Shown here: positions 24,822 through 38,117 of the stretch, one piece after another
Position numbering within the stretch: the first letter of the stretch is position 1
How the letters are laid out: every line of letters begins with the position of its first letter
Source: Phoronis australis
Lineage: Eukaryota > Animalia > Phoronida
Assembly (NCBI GenBank): GCA_002633005.1
Contig: NMRA01000106.1
Location: 928,370-990,895, forward strand
DNA length: 62,526 nucleotides
Reading direction: 5' to 3'
Notes under the pieces: generated by a model
The model's input: only the letters and a program-made list of their open reading frames with translations
What the model was told of the DNA's origin: nothing
Databases searched by the model: none
Program-made: the position numbers and the translations under genes

Positions 24822-27800
24822 ATGGCGGCCCCGGTGAAGAGTACGCCAAAAGATGCCCAGGTTATGGCATCGATACTGAAAGATATGGGCGTCTCAGAGT
24901 ATGAACCACGGGTTATTAACCAACTACTTGAATGCACATATCGTAAGTGTTGTATCTACTACTTTTGTGATCGTCAATATCATTGAATGCCTAGTAAAAG
25001 GCAGGACAAAGACAGTAACTTGTTGACAGTGTTATCTGGACTGTAATCTGGCTATTGATTGTATTGAGATAGTTTGTAATGTGCGCCAAACTGGTTTGGC
25101 TCACTGCAATTTGACCCAGGTTGGTTAGCCATACTGATGCCTGCGTCAAATTGAAGTTACCATGAGTTCTTAAATTAATGAAATTTGAGGACAATGAGTA
25201 CTCACGTATGCAGGTCATAACAAGGATTAGGCAATGACCATCGTCTCCGCTGGCGCAGTCAGTAGTCTCTACTGGCTGCGCCAGCAAAGACGGTGGTCAT
25301 TGGATTAATAACATTGGGGAACTTCAAATGCCATGAAGAACTATTACCCACCGCCCTGCATGCATTGTCGTCAATTTTGGTTCTGATAACTATTAAAAAT
25401 CCTGTAAACCACTGGCATTCATTTAGGAACTTAGACTCTACTTAGAGTAGCTTCAGTCTGGCACAAGCATCAGTTTGCCTCACCAACCTGCACCAAATTG
25501 AAGTGGGCCAATTCAGTTGGGTGCAAGCATCAGTTTGGGCTGCAACATCCAGGGTCAATACCAATTTAGCAGTTGGTACATCCAATTCATCACACTACAC
25601 ATAACAGCCCTAATACTGCTGGGTGAATGTTGGGTTGTTAGTCTTTTTGCATATTTGGTTAACTCTACAATCTGAAAATTTTATTCCATTTTGTGAAGTT
25701 AGTGGTAGGGTTGAAATATACTGTATTAGCCGTAATAACCGCCCATGCCCCTATAAGCGCCCCCCCCACGCATTTTCAGACTTTGCTAAAATAAGTGCCC
25801 AGTCCATGAATGTGTACGTGCGAAAACTGCCTTACCTACAGTTCTAAAATTCTACAGTAATGTCTTCAATTTATCAATAATATCCGACAGTCCTGAAAAA
25901 AATCATTGTGCGCAGAATTTGTAGACCACAAGCCTCGCCGTTATGTCAGTATTTAGCCGTGACTATACACTTCAAACTTCCGCCATGCCTCAAAACGAAC
26001 ACAAAAGTTCTGGTGAGATTGCGAGGACCAATGGTCTGGCCTTTCAGAACAGAAGTAGTGTACTTGTCTACGGGATTGCTTTGTAGATATTTCCCGCTTT
26101 CAACAGGAATCCAAGTTTCGTTGTAGGCCTACACGTGAAAACCGCGAATCGAAGACTAATAAACAGCTTGGCCAGTGTTAAAAGCACGTGGCCAGGGAGC
26201 GCACACTACATACATGAACCTGTTATCAAAGGCATTAGTCGGGAACTATCTATTCATGAAACGGGTAGCATAGCATCGGCAAGAAATGAATATTGGCACT
26301 AATTTCCGACAGTTTCTCATACTGTAGAAAATGTTTGCGTTATTTTTAAAATGACTTGTTTGATTAATCATAATTGGTGTTTTTAAGCCAAATATCTGAT
26401 AAAATAACCACTGACAGTGAATGCTTACACACCCTTACACCGAAAAATAACTGTCAAGACAGTCACGTACGCATCCAACCACACGGCGACTAATCTGCCC
26501 TTACCGAGACAAATGTTGAACGTTTTTAGCACATGAGACCGGTAAGTGCTGAATGAAACACGCTCTGGTTTAGGTCTACTGCTTGTGCAAATTTATTTAG
26601 ATACAGTGCACATCTAGTTCGTTAGATTGCGTGGCTCTGGCCAAAAGACGGTCTCTGCTCTGGCAAATGAACTCTCACTGGTGACACGCACACGCTCGCT
26701 TACTCACAAACGCAAAACAAATGTCACGTGACAACAACATGTGTGTTCGTCTAGACATTTTTCTCATGTTGCCGATCATACATGTAGATGGCACGATATC
26801 AGCACAGATTTGTACTTAAACCTGCCGTGATCCCGACTCCACGGGAACTTAAAAATCTTAGGGACGCCAAACTTGGAAAACTTAAGGAGGATTTCAGGTA
26901 ATTTGATTGAGTCGAAACTGTATTTTTATTCAAGCATTCAAGTCGCCATATCGACGATTGCGAGGCAGGCAGTCGGCGAGTTTTCGCCCTGGGATTTCAG
27001 CACAATTTTCTGTAAAATGATCGTAATATAGCAGCAAAGTTTGATAGCAATGCACCATGGTTTTGTAAAAAGTCTTTCATAGATTACAGATACGTCACAG
27101 AGTGTAAATATAATGAATCTTAGCTTCCAATTTCACCTGTTACGGAGACCGGGTTTCAACTGCCTTTTGTTATAATAAGCGCCCCCCCCCACGAAACGAA
27201 CTTTTCTAAGCACCCTGGGCGGTTATATTTTTACGGCGAATACGGTACTGCCAACCACAAAATAGTAAACCCACAAAATTAGACTTTAAACTATCAAATT
27301 AACTCAAATGTTGCTTTTGCATCTGTCTTCATCTGAATACATTGTTCTATGCCACTTTTTAATTTTATTCTTGAAATTTGTCAGTTTTATGTCGACCATT
27401 GTAGTAGAATTGTGTTAGCAGTCACCTTGTGATTCCTATATCACATAATTTTCAAATCCCACAAGACATTTCTGTTATTGTGAATATTTTGTTTCTTGCA
27501 GGCTATGTCACAGATGTTTTGGACGACAGCAAAGTGTATTCTAGTCATGCTGGAAAGAAGGCGATAGATGCTGATGATATCAAGCTGGCTATTCAATGCA
27601 GAATGGATCATTCATATACAACACCTCCGCCAAGAGACGTGAGACTGCTGTGTTTGACATTCACTTGCAAACATTTTGATCTCAAATTTCATGGTCAAGT
27701 TCATTCCATGTCATGCTTCTTTGATGAGTAAAATACCATTTCCCTCTTGGCTTTCAATATCTCAAGTTAGTTGGCAGTTAACAAAACTGATCCTACAAAT

Positions 27801-30764
27801 TTCATTGCTTTGTCAACCTAGTGAATACAAATTATGATTCCCCCACTGTTCTGTTCTTATTTTAGCGCATAAGTTATTGTCGTGATGAATGGTCTGGTGG
27901 TAGGCAGGCAACTCTGGAAGACCAGAAAACCACAAGTTCTCCGGCTTGATTACTCTTTATTGTACTTTAATTGCCAGAAAAATCATGGTGTTTGCTTTCA
28001 TTTTTTCGCCCTATGTGTGGACGGAAACAAAGCCCACATTTGAATTTCTCATAAAAATTGAGTATAGAGATTTTTGCCCACAGAAATCAGCGGGAGATAG
28101 CTGAAATTCAAATCATCTGATTTGATTGTCTTCCCAAAAGTTCCACTAACTGTCCATGTTATATTACCCACACCAGGAGACCAGAAAAAGGCCTATTCAG
28201 ATCAGTGATAATAGATTGTCCAGTGCATACTCCTTCTGAAGGCCCTAAGTTTGTTTTGACAGTCAAAATCGTTATGCTAGTTGGTATTAAAACGGAATCC
28301 TGAATTGACTTTTTTATGCAGTTCCTGATTATTCATCTTCACTGGTAGGTATGTATGTTTCAGTTGCTGATGGACCTTGCACGTCACCGTAACAACCAGA
28401 CTTTGCCTCTCATCAAGCCATACACTGGACCAAAGTTACCTCCAGATAGATACTGCTTGTCCTCACAGAACTATAGGCTGAGGTCCACAAAACGGGTAAA
28501 ATTCTAACGATTTTGCTCCTCTCTCTATACATGTGTTGCTGATGGAGGTTTTCTGTGGTTAACTGTTGGTAAAATTAAGTTTCCTACTTTGCTTACTTTT
28601 AAAATGGCATTCCACCCCCTTTACATATTGGAAAAATATGCATAAAGTTGACATATCACTGTCTATGTGATTAAAGAAGGTTGTGTGTTTCTGTCTCTAC
28701 AAATACTCTACTGTTACTAAAAGACTGAAAGGTAAAATATCACCTTTAATCAGATTTTGTCAATTTTAATCTAAAGATTGAAATCTGTGAAATAAGGTTG
28801 TTTTTATAATACGATTTTTGATTTTAGTGACTGACATGATCTCAATCCCTTTGTTGTATTTGGGTGTCTCACATCTTTTCTTCGCAAATACAGAAAAAAA
28901 GTTGTATTTTTCTGATGTTGAAGAGCCAATTGGCACGGTATTCTTGATCATAACTATCCTTACACATGACATGAGTGTGGAATGATGTAGTGTGCTGGTT
29001 TTAAACATAAGAGCATGATTAATTAAGAACAGAGAACATTAGATTATTCAAGCTCACAATTAGGACCACCAGGGCTCGAAACGCGAGTCGAGAACACTGC
29101 AAGCATAGGCCACAGGTCAGGAATTAACATTATTTGCAGGAATTATAGTATTCGTTCCATTTGAATGTTTCTGTCGTTTTTTAATCTTGTTTTTTTTTGC
29201 AGCCACGCTTACATATAGGACTGCCCTTAACCTCACAGGGCTTGGTTACAAAAACAAATACAGGTATGGATGTCTTTTGAAAGGAATGAAGTAGAGAGAA
29301 GCCTGGATTATATAAGGCTGTATTTTGCAAGTTGGGTCTATTCTTCTTGTAAGGCGTCTGTGTCTTTGAATGTCCATGTACAGAGAGTTTCATGTCCCAA
29401 AACGCCCAAATAGTGCGCAGCCTGTATTTCACCTGTAGTGTTGAATCTGAAGTTGTTGCAGCTCCTTGAACTATAATACAGGAGTGGGTAAATTCCCTTT
29501 ACCCAACTTTTTAGATGTTTGTTTTTAGACGAGCAACTCCCTGATTTCTAATTTCTTAATTTTTTACATGTCTGGGCATTAACTGGGTAATAAGTTTTTT
29601 CTGTATTTAATATTTCATTCGTTAACCTCAACCTCGTTTCATTTATTGTTGATGGTTAGTATCCGTTTTCAAGCATTAAACAATTAAGTCAGAATTGTCC
29701 CTTCAGACGTGAGGAAATTCAGTTTAAAATGGAAACTTGAGCCATAGAAACAATTAATGAGCTACACTCGGCCATTGTAACAAACCTCTATCTATTCCAT
29801 CAAAGGGAAAGGTTTAAATTAAAAACTTGTAGTTTTGTCATGTTTGATCCATTGTTTTGTTTCAGGTGCTAGAATACCAGTGAGCGGTAATACACTGCAG
29901 CTGGTCACTCGAGTAAATTCTCCTGTCACCTTGGTTACCAAACAAGATGTCGCGCATAGTGCAACACCCACTCCTAATATACGGTTCAGCACAGGTAATG
30001 TGACTTCTATTACCTGTACTGTATTTATTATGGAGGAGCACACATTAGTTTCAAACAAAAATAAACACGTTTTTTCTCATTAAAAATTCGGCAACCTTTC
30101 AGAGCAATGATTTTCAGCTAACGCTGTAAAAATTTTTTGCTTCCATTTCATTCCCGATGTTTGCTATAAGTTCAATAAAGTCTTTGGAATTGGTGCGATT
30201 TTGTTTATTGATTTTCTGCTGTACCCAGTAACTTGGTTGCACTCTTTGTTCAATTCTGTTCACAGGAATAGCAATCTTAGATAATGTTCATGTGTATGCA
30301 GTTGTTAGATAAAATCCTAAACATTCACATTATTCTGTGCATTTATTAATATCAAAACTCATTGCATAAAGTGAAAAAGGAAGAACAATTTCTGTCGGCA
30401 GTTGTTTTGTCATAATGTTAGCCAAGCCCTGTTCGCCGGTTTCACAATTTATGTCATTTATTTCTGGCCATATTCTCATGTTTGTGTAGTAGTCCAAAGC
30501 AGACGACGTTGTAAATCACAGATTTTAAAACAATTCATGGTGTTCACAGGGTCACCTCTTCCTTTTCACAATATACCTGCATTCTCTTGTTTATCCAAAA
30601 ATCTTATTTCTGACAGGAGATGTCCTTCATAAGTGTATATGGACGAGAGTACATTTTACTGTCTGTATTTTCTCTGCACTAATTTCTATTTTGTTACAGG
30701 CACCACACTAACTCCGGTTTCACAACCGACTGTGAAGAAAGAAGATGATGATTACGATGCATGA
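24822..30764 (+). CDS. TAF9: Transcription initiation factor TFIID subunit 9 (214 aa, 6 exons)
   Basis: Exons 24822-24942, 27502-27638, 28364-28495, 29203-29263, 29866-29994 and 30700-30764 are phase-consistent. Histone fold [49 protein letters not shown]...NYRL and acidic C-terminus KEDDDYDA are present. Confidence 0.93.
25080..25525. mobile_element. Palindromic (foldback) element in TAF9 intron 1
   Basis: 25082-25140 is the inverted counterpart of 25467-25525, and a central 34-bp-arm hairpin lies at 25232-25302. Confidence 0.65.
25721..27245. mobile_element. 1.5-kb non-autonomous DNA transposon, Tc1/mariner-pogo type
   Basis: Imperfect TIRs ctgtattagccgtaa and ttacggcgaatacgg, TA on both sides, and subterminal ataagcgcccccccacg at both ends. 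Confidence 0.8.
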
Positions 30765-32374
30765 GGGAGTGGGTCATTCATTTACACTGGTGGTACTTCA
30801 CAGACAATAATGGACCAGTCTTGACCGGAGGAGATCTCAAAGTGGATTCCACAAATTTGTATTGTTTTCACACACCATAGAGTTGAAGACAAGGATCGTG
30901 TGGTTCCCTGGAGAAGTCCAAAGTCACTCAGGGAGCAATCGCATCTTTGTGTATGTTTCAGAGACATAGAATCTGACGTATTTTTGTAAAGGCAAGGTTT
31001 GTCATTGAAATATTTAATGTTCAACCCATCGATCACATGAACTTCTCATTTGATTTACCTATTGCAAACATCATCAGTATCGACGTGACTGTTCTTCATG
31101 ACCAACAAAACACTATGTTGGTGGAGGCTGTCAGCCGGTGCTATTCTTGTTGTGTATCATGTGAACTGTGGAGGTATTTGCGAATCCTGCAGTAAACGGT
31201 GTGGAAACAATATGGCTGCCGCACATGTGAACATGGTTCCTCACCTATAAACATGGGTTACTGGCCTGATACACTCAGTTCTCTGACTCCCAAAATCATG
31301 CCAGACTCACAACACACAGCTTACACACCTGAAAATGTAGTTCATCAAGTAACAAATGGGTTACATACGAACTCCATGTTGGTGAACTGTTGGATGGTCT
31401 ATGAGCTGTGTTTGTATAAAGGGATCTATTTTAGTGCACGTTAGCCATCTTTTGTAACTTAAGCACCACTTTTGGTTAAGTCAATGATCACTTGACTATT
31501 CTTACATAAGGCAACCACTTTGTTTCTCACCTTTAGTAAAGATGTGAACAGTTTAATGTGGACATAAACTTGTGTTCCAAGCAATGAATTTTTAATTTAA
31601 ACATCAAACTTGTCCCTTACTCAGATAAGAAGGGATTTGTGAATTTCTAAAGAAATGTCAGTTTGTTATTCCTGGATACCATGACATGCCACGACAACCC
31701 AACTTCTAGAGCCTGGTGTCAACCAATAGTGAACTCTAAAATCACCTCCAACTTGGCTAAGAAGTAATTAGAGACCAATTTCATAATCACAAGTGGTTTT
31801 CATCAAAAGTTGGGTCTTTGTTATGGAATGCAGGTTTATTGTTGCTTAAGAGTCTTCTACTTTGCTGCGTGTTCAACTGTGAAGTCTGTCTTTATGACAG
31901 TGCAAGACCTCAGCACAACTGTTGTTAAACATTCTGTATTTACATACATGTACATATACATACATACACGAGTCCAACGATAATTCTCAAGGAGTGAACT
32001 GGGGTGTCTACTGCTAATTTGGCCCAAACCCAACCTTTTCAATGATAATGGCAGATTTGTCTGCTTTATGTTGTGGGCAAATTCTCTCAAGAGGTATTGT
32101 TTCCCTTATGAGTAATAAGTAATCAACTTTGTAAATAGATTGTATATACAATTTATGAGGCAGTAACATTTTCATTAGTAATGTGTCGTAAATGATGTTA
32201 TGGACGCACTGTTGGGAGCTTCTGTGCTAACATGTCAATTAATAAATGGAACTCACTATGGTAAAAGTCACCAGTTTGGGACACAATAGGGCAGGCAAGT
32301 GAAATTTACCTTTGTGTCAAATTTCCGGCATTTGCAACAATGTAATAAATTTTTTAAAATTAGAAAAATTGTGA

Positions 32375-33465
32375 TTTTTATGCACCCACATATTTATATG
32401 TGGTCACATATTGCTGTCATCTCCGACTGTCTCAGCGTCCGCAGCTGTATCTCCTAAACCCCTCACAAGATTTTGATAAGATTTGCAATTGTTTTTCTAT
32501 GAAGCTGACGACAGATGATGACAAATTTCGGATCTCTCTGACTACCGATGTGCCCCCTAGTGGCCATTTTTGCTGTTTTCGAATCTGTTTTTTGGCATCC
32601 ACCTCTATCATCCAAGACGCTCCAAGAATAATTGTGAAAAATGGCACTATGAATTGGACGGCTGAAGATGCTTTTCCGATGACTTCGACTATTGTCGCGC
32701 CTCCTAGTGGCGGTTTTATTTTTTTGCGTCCATGGCTGTATCTCCTAAACTGTTTGCAGGATCCTTACTAAATTCATATGATGTTGACAACAAACGATGA
32801 TGACTTCCGATACATCTGACTACTGTTGTGCCCCCTAGTGGCAATTGTAATTTTTTACGTTTACTTCTGTATCTTTAAAGGTCTTCAACGGATTTTCAGT
32901 TTTGAAAATAGGCGCCTATTGATTAGATGACGCTATCCTCCCGTTTCCGGATGAAATTGAAGTATTTTGTGCCACATAGTGGCCATTTTTGCTGTTTTTG
33001 AGTTTTTCTGCGTCCACCCTCTATTAACCAAACCATTCTAAGAATGGTTTTGAAAATTGGTGTATATGTTCCTCAGTGTGAAGAGGACAGTTGATGATGA
33101 CGACTTCGACTACTGTGGCACCTCCTAGTGGTAATTTTGTTTTGCGCCCATAGGTGTATCTCCGGAAGCCACTGCAGGATCTTTATTAAATTTAGTAATG
33201 CATTTACATTAAGAAGATAACAAAGACGAACGCTGTGCCCTCTAGTGGCAATTTCATTTGATTTCGTTTTCCTTTGTTTCTCTGAAGTTCCTTGACAGAT
33301 GTTTATGAAATTTGGTGAATTTAGTGACATGTCCCCTTTTTCGGATGGGTTGGACATTTTTGCGCCATCTAGTGGCCATTTTTATGATACAAATAAACAA
33401 CCCTAAAAGCACACCATTTGCAATGCATTCGTGGGCGCATTTCAATACTCCGCATTGCTCTTGTT
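32375..33465. mobile_element. Helentron-associated (HINE/DINE-like) element with an internal tandem array of about 135-bp units
   Basis: Begins tttttatgcacccac, has inverted subterminal gtgggcgcat (33431-33440), and ends gctcttgtt. Seven internal units each contain a gYgcc..ctagtgg core. Confidence 0.65.
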
Positions 33466-33619
33466 TAAAATTAATATTATACCACCATAAAATTTTTTAG
33501 TCTTATTGAAACACTAATAATTAAATGTCGATGTCATGATGTACAACATAAAATAAAGTAAATACATAGACAATGAGGTTGGCCAGTAGTGAAATGTATC
33601 AAATAAACACAGAAAAATC

Positions 33620-33683
33620 AGGAACCCCAACTGGGAATCGAACCACAGGTTTCTAGATTGATGGTCTAGTGCTCTTACCACTG
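33620..33683 (-). mobile_element. tRNA-derived SINE head or tRNA pseudogene fragment
   Basis: Minus strand cagtggtaagagcactagaccatcaatctagaaacctgtggttcgattcccag has A-box-like and B-box (GGTTCGATTCC) motifs and an anticodon-like stem, but no acceptor stem. Confidence 0.6.
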
Positions 33684-34299
33684 TCTGAGAATCCGATATC
33701 TGTGCAGTTACTGTTTATAGCCAAGTGTTATGTCATACCTCCCATGAGCAGCATTATGCCTTTTTCACACAAGATTTGGACAATTATATACAACCAGTTT
33801 ATTTGATACAACATAAAAGTACACCACCATCTTTTTAAACATTTCTGACCGATAATAAACAATTATTTTTTTCTCCAAAATATTCTTTATTTCTGGTACA
33901 AAGAGCTACAATGACGCATATACATATATAATCCAAGACAAAAATCAAACACAAAACAGCTTTCAAAACAAACAAAAAATACAACAATTTGTCCACCAAA
34001 AACAAAAAAATATGTCTACAAATACCAAATATTTTCATGATTTTTCACAAAGTGTAAAAACGATTACAACAAATACAATATCAAAATATTTAAGAAAATA
34101 GTTTCATAATCATCCCGAAAATGCCAGGTTTTCCATGTATATTTGTAACAAAATAAGACAACACAACATTCTGCACATAAACCGTTCACGGAACATAAAT
34201 TGAGATCATAGTTATTGATTGACACATGCAGTTCCCTCCACTCTATTTCATTTGAGGCCATTTTGGTTTTCACAGCATTCAGAAACTTTTCACCAGACA

Positions 34300-34612
34300 C
34301 AATTAGGCATGAACATGTTGATCATACATTGGGCATGAACTCGTTATCATCAATTGGACAAGAACACCTTGATCATCAATTGGACATGAACGCATTGATC
34401 ACCAATTAGGTATGAAAACATTGATCATTTAATGGAAATGAACACATTCATCACCCTTGTGAACACATTGATCACCAATTGGGCATGAACACATTGATTA
34501 TTAACTGGATTTGAACACATTGATCATCAATTGGATGTAAACACATTGATCATCAATTGGATGTGAACACATTGATCATCAACTGGATGTGAACACATTG
34601 ATCATCAATTGG
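34300..34612. repeat. 26-bp minisatellite, about 12 diverging copies
   Basis: Consensus caattggatgtgaacacattgatcat; copies are most uniform at the right end. Confidence 0.9.
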
Positions 34613-37600
34613 ACTTCAGGTAGTTGAGGACAGGCAGAAGATGATGGTTCAGCTCAGGTGGAAAGGATGACATATTGTTGACAACACCACAAGTCAGGTC
34701 CAGCAACCTGTAACAGTGCAGCATCCATTTACAATATGTTCAGATCAAATGCTGATTTTATGAGAGATGAGGCCAAAATGTTCTGGTAGCAAAGATCCTC
34801 ATTATTATGGTATGTTATGTGCTAAAATACAAAACTAAGGTCAGTGTCCAATGGCTTCTTTATTAAAAAGTTTTAGCTCATAATGTACTCAGGGCAAAAG
34901 TCAGAAATGTGTACTACTTGAATTTTCATCACATGATCATTCGAATATTGAAAGGAGTTTCTTAAGTCTTGGCAACTGGTCACCTATGGCAACAAAGCAA
35001 GCCCTTAGACAAATAAATGCATACCAAGATGGATCAGAACCACTGATCTACCAATATATTTCAGTCACTAACAGCTTCAAATGGCATGTCAAACAAGTAA
35101 AGCCATTTCTATATGCAAGGGTTAAAATCTAAGGCACAGAAACAAGATAACTAAAAACTGATGGAATCATGGCACTATCAAGGTTTGACACATTCTTCAA
35201 AGTTCACCAACGACAAGTCTGGCTATACTTAAATCCCCATGCTACAGAAAAAAAAAACAATCCAAAGCTCACCATTTTTGCTGCAGCTCAGACAGAGCTG
35301 GTGGGTCACTGCTGTTTAGAGTTGACTTTATTGCACTAAAGTTCTTTTCTATAGCGGACTTGGTGCTCGCAAGGCAGTGGGCATTTTTACCAAGAGATGT
35401 ACAGGCTTGCTAGAATGAAATAAAAAATGAAACTGTAAACACAATGCTACATACGAGCAAGTCATTACTGAGGATTAGCACAAAATAATTTCCAAGACGC
35501 CACCTATGGGATTGCAGTTGCACATAAAACTAGTCGCTCCAATTCATTGGCTGATCACAGAAATTCAACGTGACTTGGTTCAATTCTGATGTAGGTTAAC
35601 ACGAATATGGTAAAATTTAGTCTTTTCATCGCATAAAGCTTAAAGAAGCAGTGAATACACGAAACTTGATATTATCCTTACAAACGTGATCAAAATGAAA
35701 GCAATGGTTAAGAAAAATATCAGTACTCCAATGTTAAAAGTGTGATTTCAATTCCAGTCAAAGCAAAATATATAGTCAACGCTTTACCTGAAGGACTCCG
35801 CTGTTCAAAGTCTATTCACTAAAATATAGATTACAAGCAGAATGCTTGCCATTATACATTTTATGCAAGTATGTAGGCTCACGCAGTTATAGTCAAAATA
35901 TTTTTTTGCTGTGTCCTTTGCCCATTCTTAGCACTTTTTACTTTACTAGTGCACATAAAACAATATATGCAAACATACAATTCTATAACAGATAAGTCGA
36001 GTTTCACGAACACTCTATTTTGAAAACCTTGATGCTTGGTTTTTACTCAATTGTTCCTAATATAGGTGCATGACCTTGAAGTCCAGGAACAGTGAGGTAC
36101 AGCTTCAAATACAGGTGTATGGGTCTAACTATGCATACACACTGAAATTAATATCAATCAATAGCTTTTAGCATAAACAAATCAATACTTACGAACAAGA
36201 GAGCTATCTCGTGAGCCATGTATTTATGGTTCTTTTGACTGTGTACATCATTATTGAGTTGCTGGGCAGTAACAACAACTTGGTTCAACTGGGTCAACTT
36301 TTTGAAATAACCTGAAAGATTTTCGAGCAAATGTCTATTAAGTTGATAAAACATGTTCTGTCAACAAATGGTGTAAATGTCTACTACAGGTTTCATAATG
36401 AGAGGTGTGATAATAATCATTTGAAAGTCCGAATAGCGTAATTCAGTGGTTACAGTACATGCCAAAAGCATTCAGACAAAACTGTCTAGAATTCCCCCAT
36501 CATGTCGGCTGGGCAGAAGTGGAATTCATCCTCAGAGTAGTCTCCCCTCATGACCATCAGAGTAGTCTCCCCTGATGACCAAGAATGAAGGGGAAATAAC
36601 TGGAAAGTAAGTAAAGTGGCTAAGCCATTCTGTAATTAGAATTTTGTCACTATAATAGCCATTACCAGCCATTTTTCCTGTCACAGAATTAGCCATCATG
36701 ACACAGAATGACAGAAACGATATTTTGTTCAAATACTGTTGTCTTGCACTGTGCACCCACTTAATGCGAGACAGAACATTCTCTCAGCTTAAAGTACTAC
36801 GGCTCTCTGAAGAGAAAGACATCCTGTAATGTGGCGGTTCTATAGTCTCTCTTTGTAATTACAACAATTAAGTAGTAAATATCACACAAGAACTCTACAA
36901 GTCACCTGTTTTATAACTGGTGGTTCCAACACATACCAAAACTAACACATTATAAATAAATTTAAAAAATAATAATTGTGGATGGATACTTCACGTTCAA
37001 AAACATGCTACTTTTCAAGCCAGCAGTGAATTTGGAGTGCATTCAGTAGAAGCGAGAAGCTCACGAAAATACAAGATCACGCAAGACTTTGGGAGATACC
37101 GCCATGCTATATAAGCGAATCACGTGGTCACACTAGCTTCCTTCAGGAGATTCTTGCACCAACTGAACTCAGTCCTAGTGATATCTTTCAATGCTAAGTG
37201 AGTATTGTGATTGGTGCGCTCAGCCAGTTTGATCACAAAAGTCACACAGACATTCCAGCACAACTATGGAGTAATGTCGATTGTCGGGTTGACCTCTCAT
37301 GGAGGGGGGGAGAATGGCAAAGAGCCTAATATTAAAAAGAAGGGTATGCACACGCTCATAGAGCAAATGTGGCAGTGTTAAGGAACCGACATTTATACAA
37401 TGTAACACCAATTGTTGCAACAAGACAGACAAAATAACCATTACTGTAACAAGCCAAAACTCACTTGTCAGAGAACATTCTTGGTGATTTAATAATTTTG
37501 AAATAACAGGTTCATTAGCTCTAAAAACTAGAAGTGGATAATTCCATCCCAATAGTTCGCTCAAAAATAATTGCCAAAATTCCATTTTCCAAAGGCTGTT

Positions 37601-38040
37601 TACACTGCTGTAAACAATGGAAACTTTACCAAATGTTGCTTTACGAGGTCTACACAGTACAAATCATGCTAGCAATAGACAGTAATTTATTCCTGGAGAA
37701 ATTTGACAGAATAAAATTTTACTTGTCAGCCATATTGTGTGCTTAGTATTAACACTTACCATAATCACCATCTCTAATTCATGAACAAACGATGAGGTCC
37801 TTTAAAATCCAAATAATACAATAAGTCCGAACATTAATAATAACACAATATTACAAAAAACAACAAACCATCAGTTTCAGTTTCTCTGAGAGTCAGGGAC
37901 AGATCGCTCGGCCTTGTGATGTATGCCGCAGCCCTCGGGTACAGGCGAGCTAAAGAAGAGTAGTCAAGGTAATCTTCCACATGCTGTTGGCAGGATGGTA
38001 GTTTGCGCATGACACTTTTCAACTCATCATGTATGAGCAT
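34605..38040 (-). CDS. Unidentified helical protein, intact 3' exons (176 aa if started at ATG 38040)
   Basis: Exons 38042-37869, 36311-36193, 35409-35273 and 34707-34605 splice in phase with good sites: MLIHDELK...LARLYPRAAAYI...DGYFKKLTQLNQ...HKYMAHEIALLFQAC...IEKNF...QQKWLLDLT...LNYLKSN*. Family not identified. Confidence 0.7.
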
Positions 38041-38117
38041 GGCTAAAAACAAAACATTGGCAATTCTAATTAATAACACTTAAAGCTATATCAATCTCTG
38101 CTTCAGTTGAGTATTAC

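Noticed and set aside
33620-33683. Functional tRNA gene
   Set aside because: It lacks an acceptor stem and the 5' half of the D arm, and the anticodon loop is atypical.
37869-38035. Box C/D snoRNA or scaRNA (ATGATGA...CTGA on the minus strand, with a U2-like atcgctcggcctt on the plus strand)
   Set aside because: The segment is fully explained as an in-phase coding exon with good splice sites, and the antisense match is not correctly placed relative to a D box.
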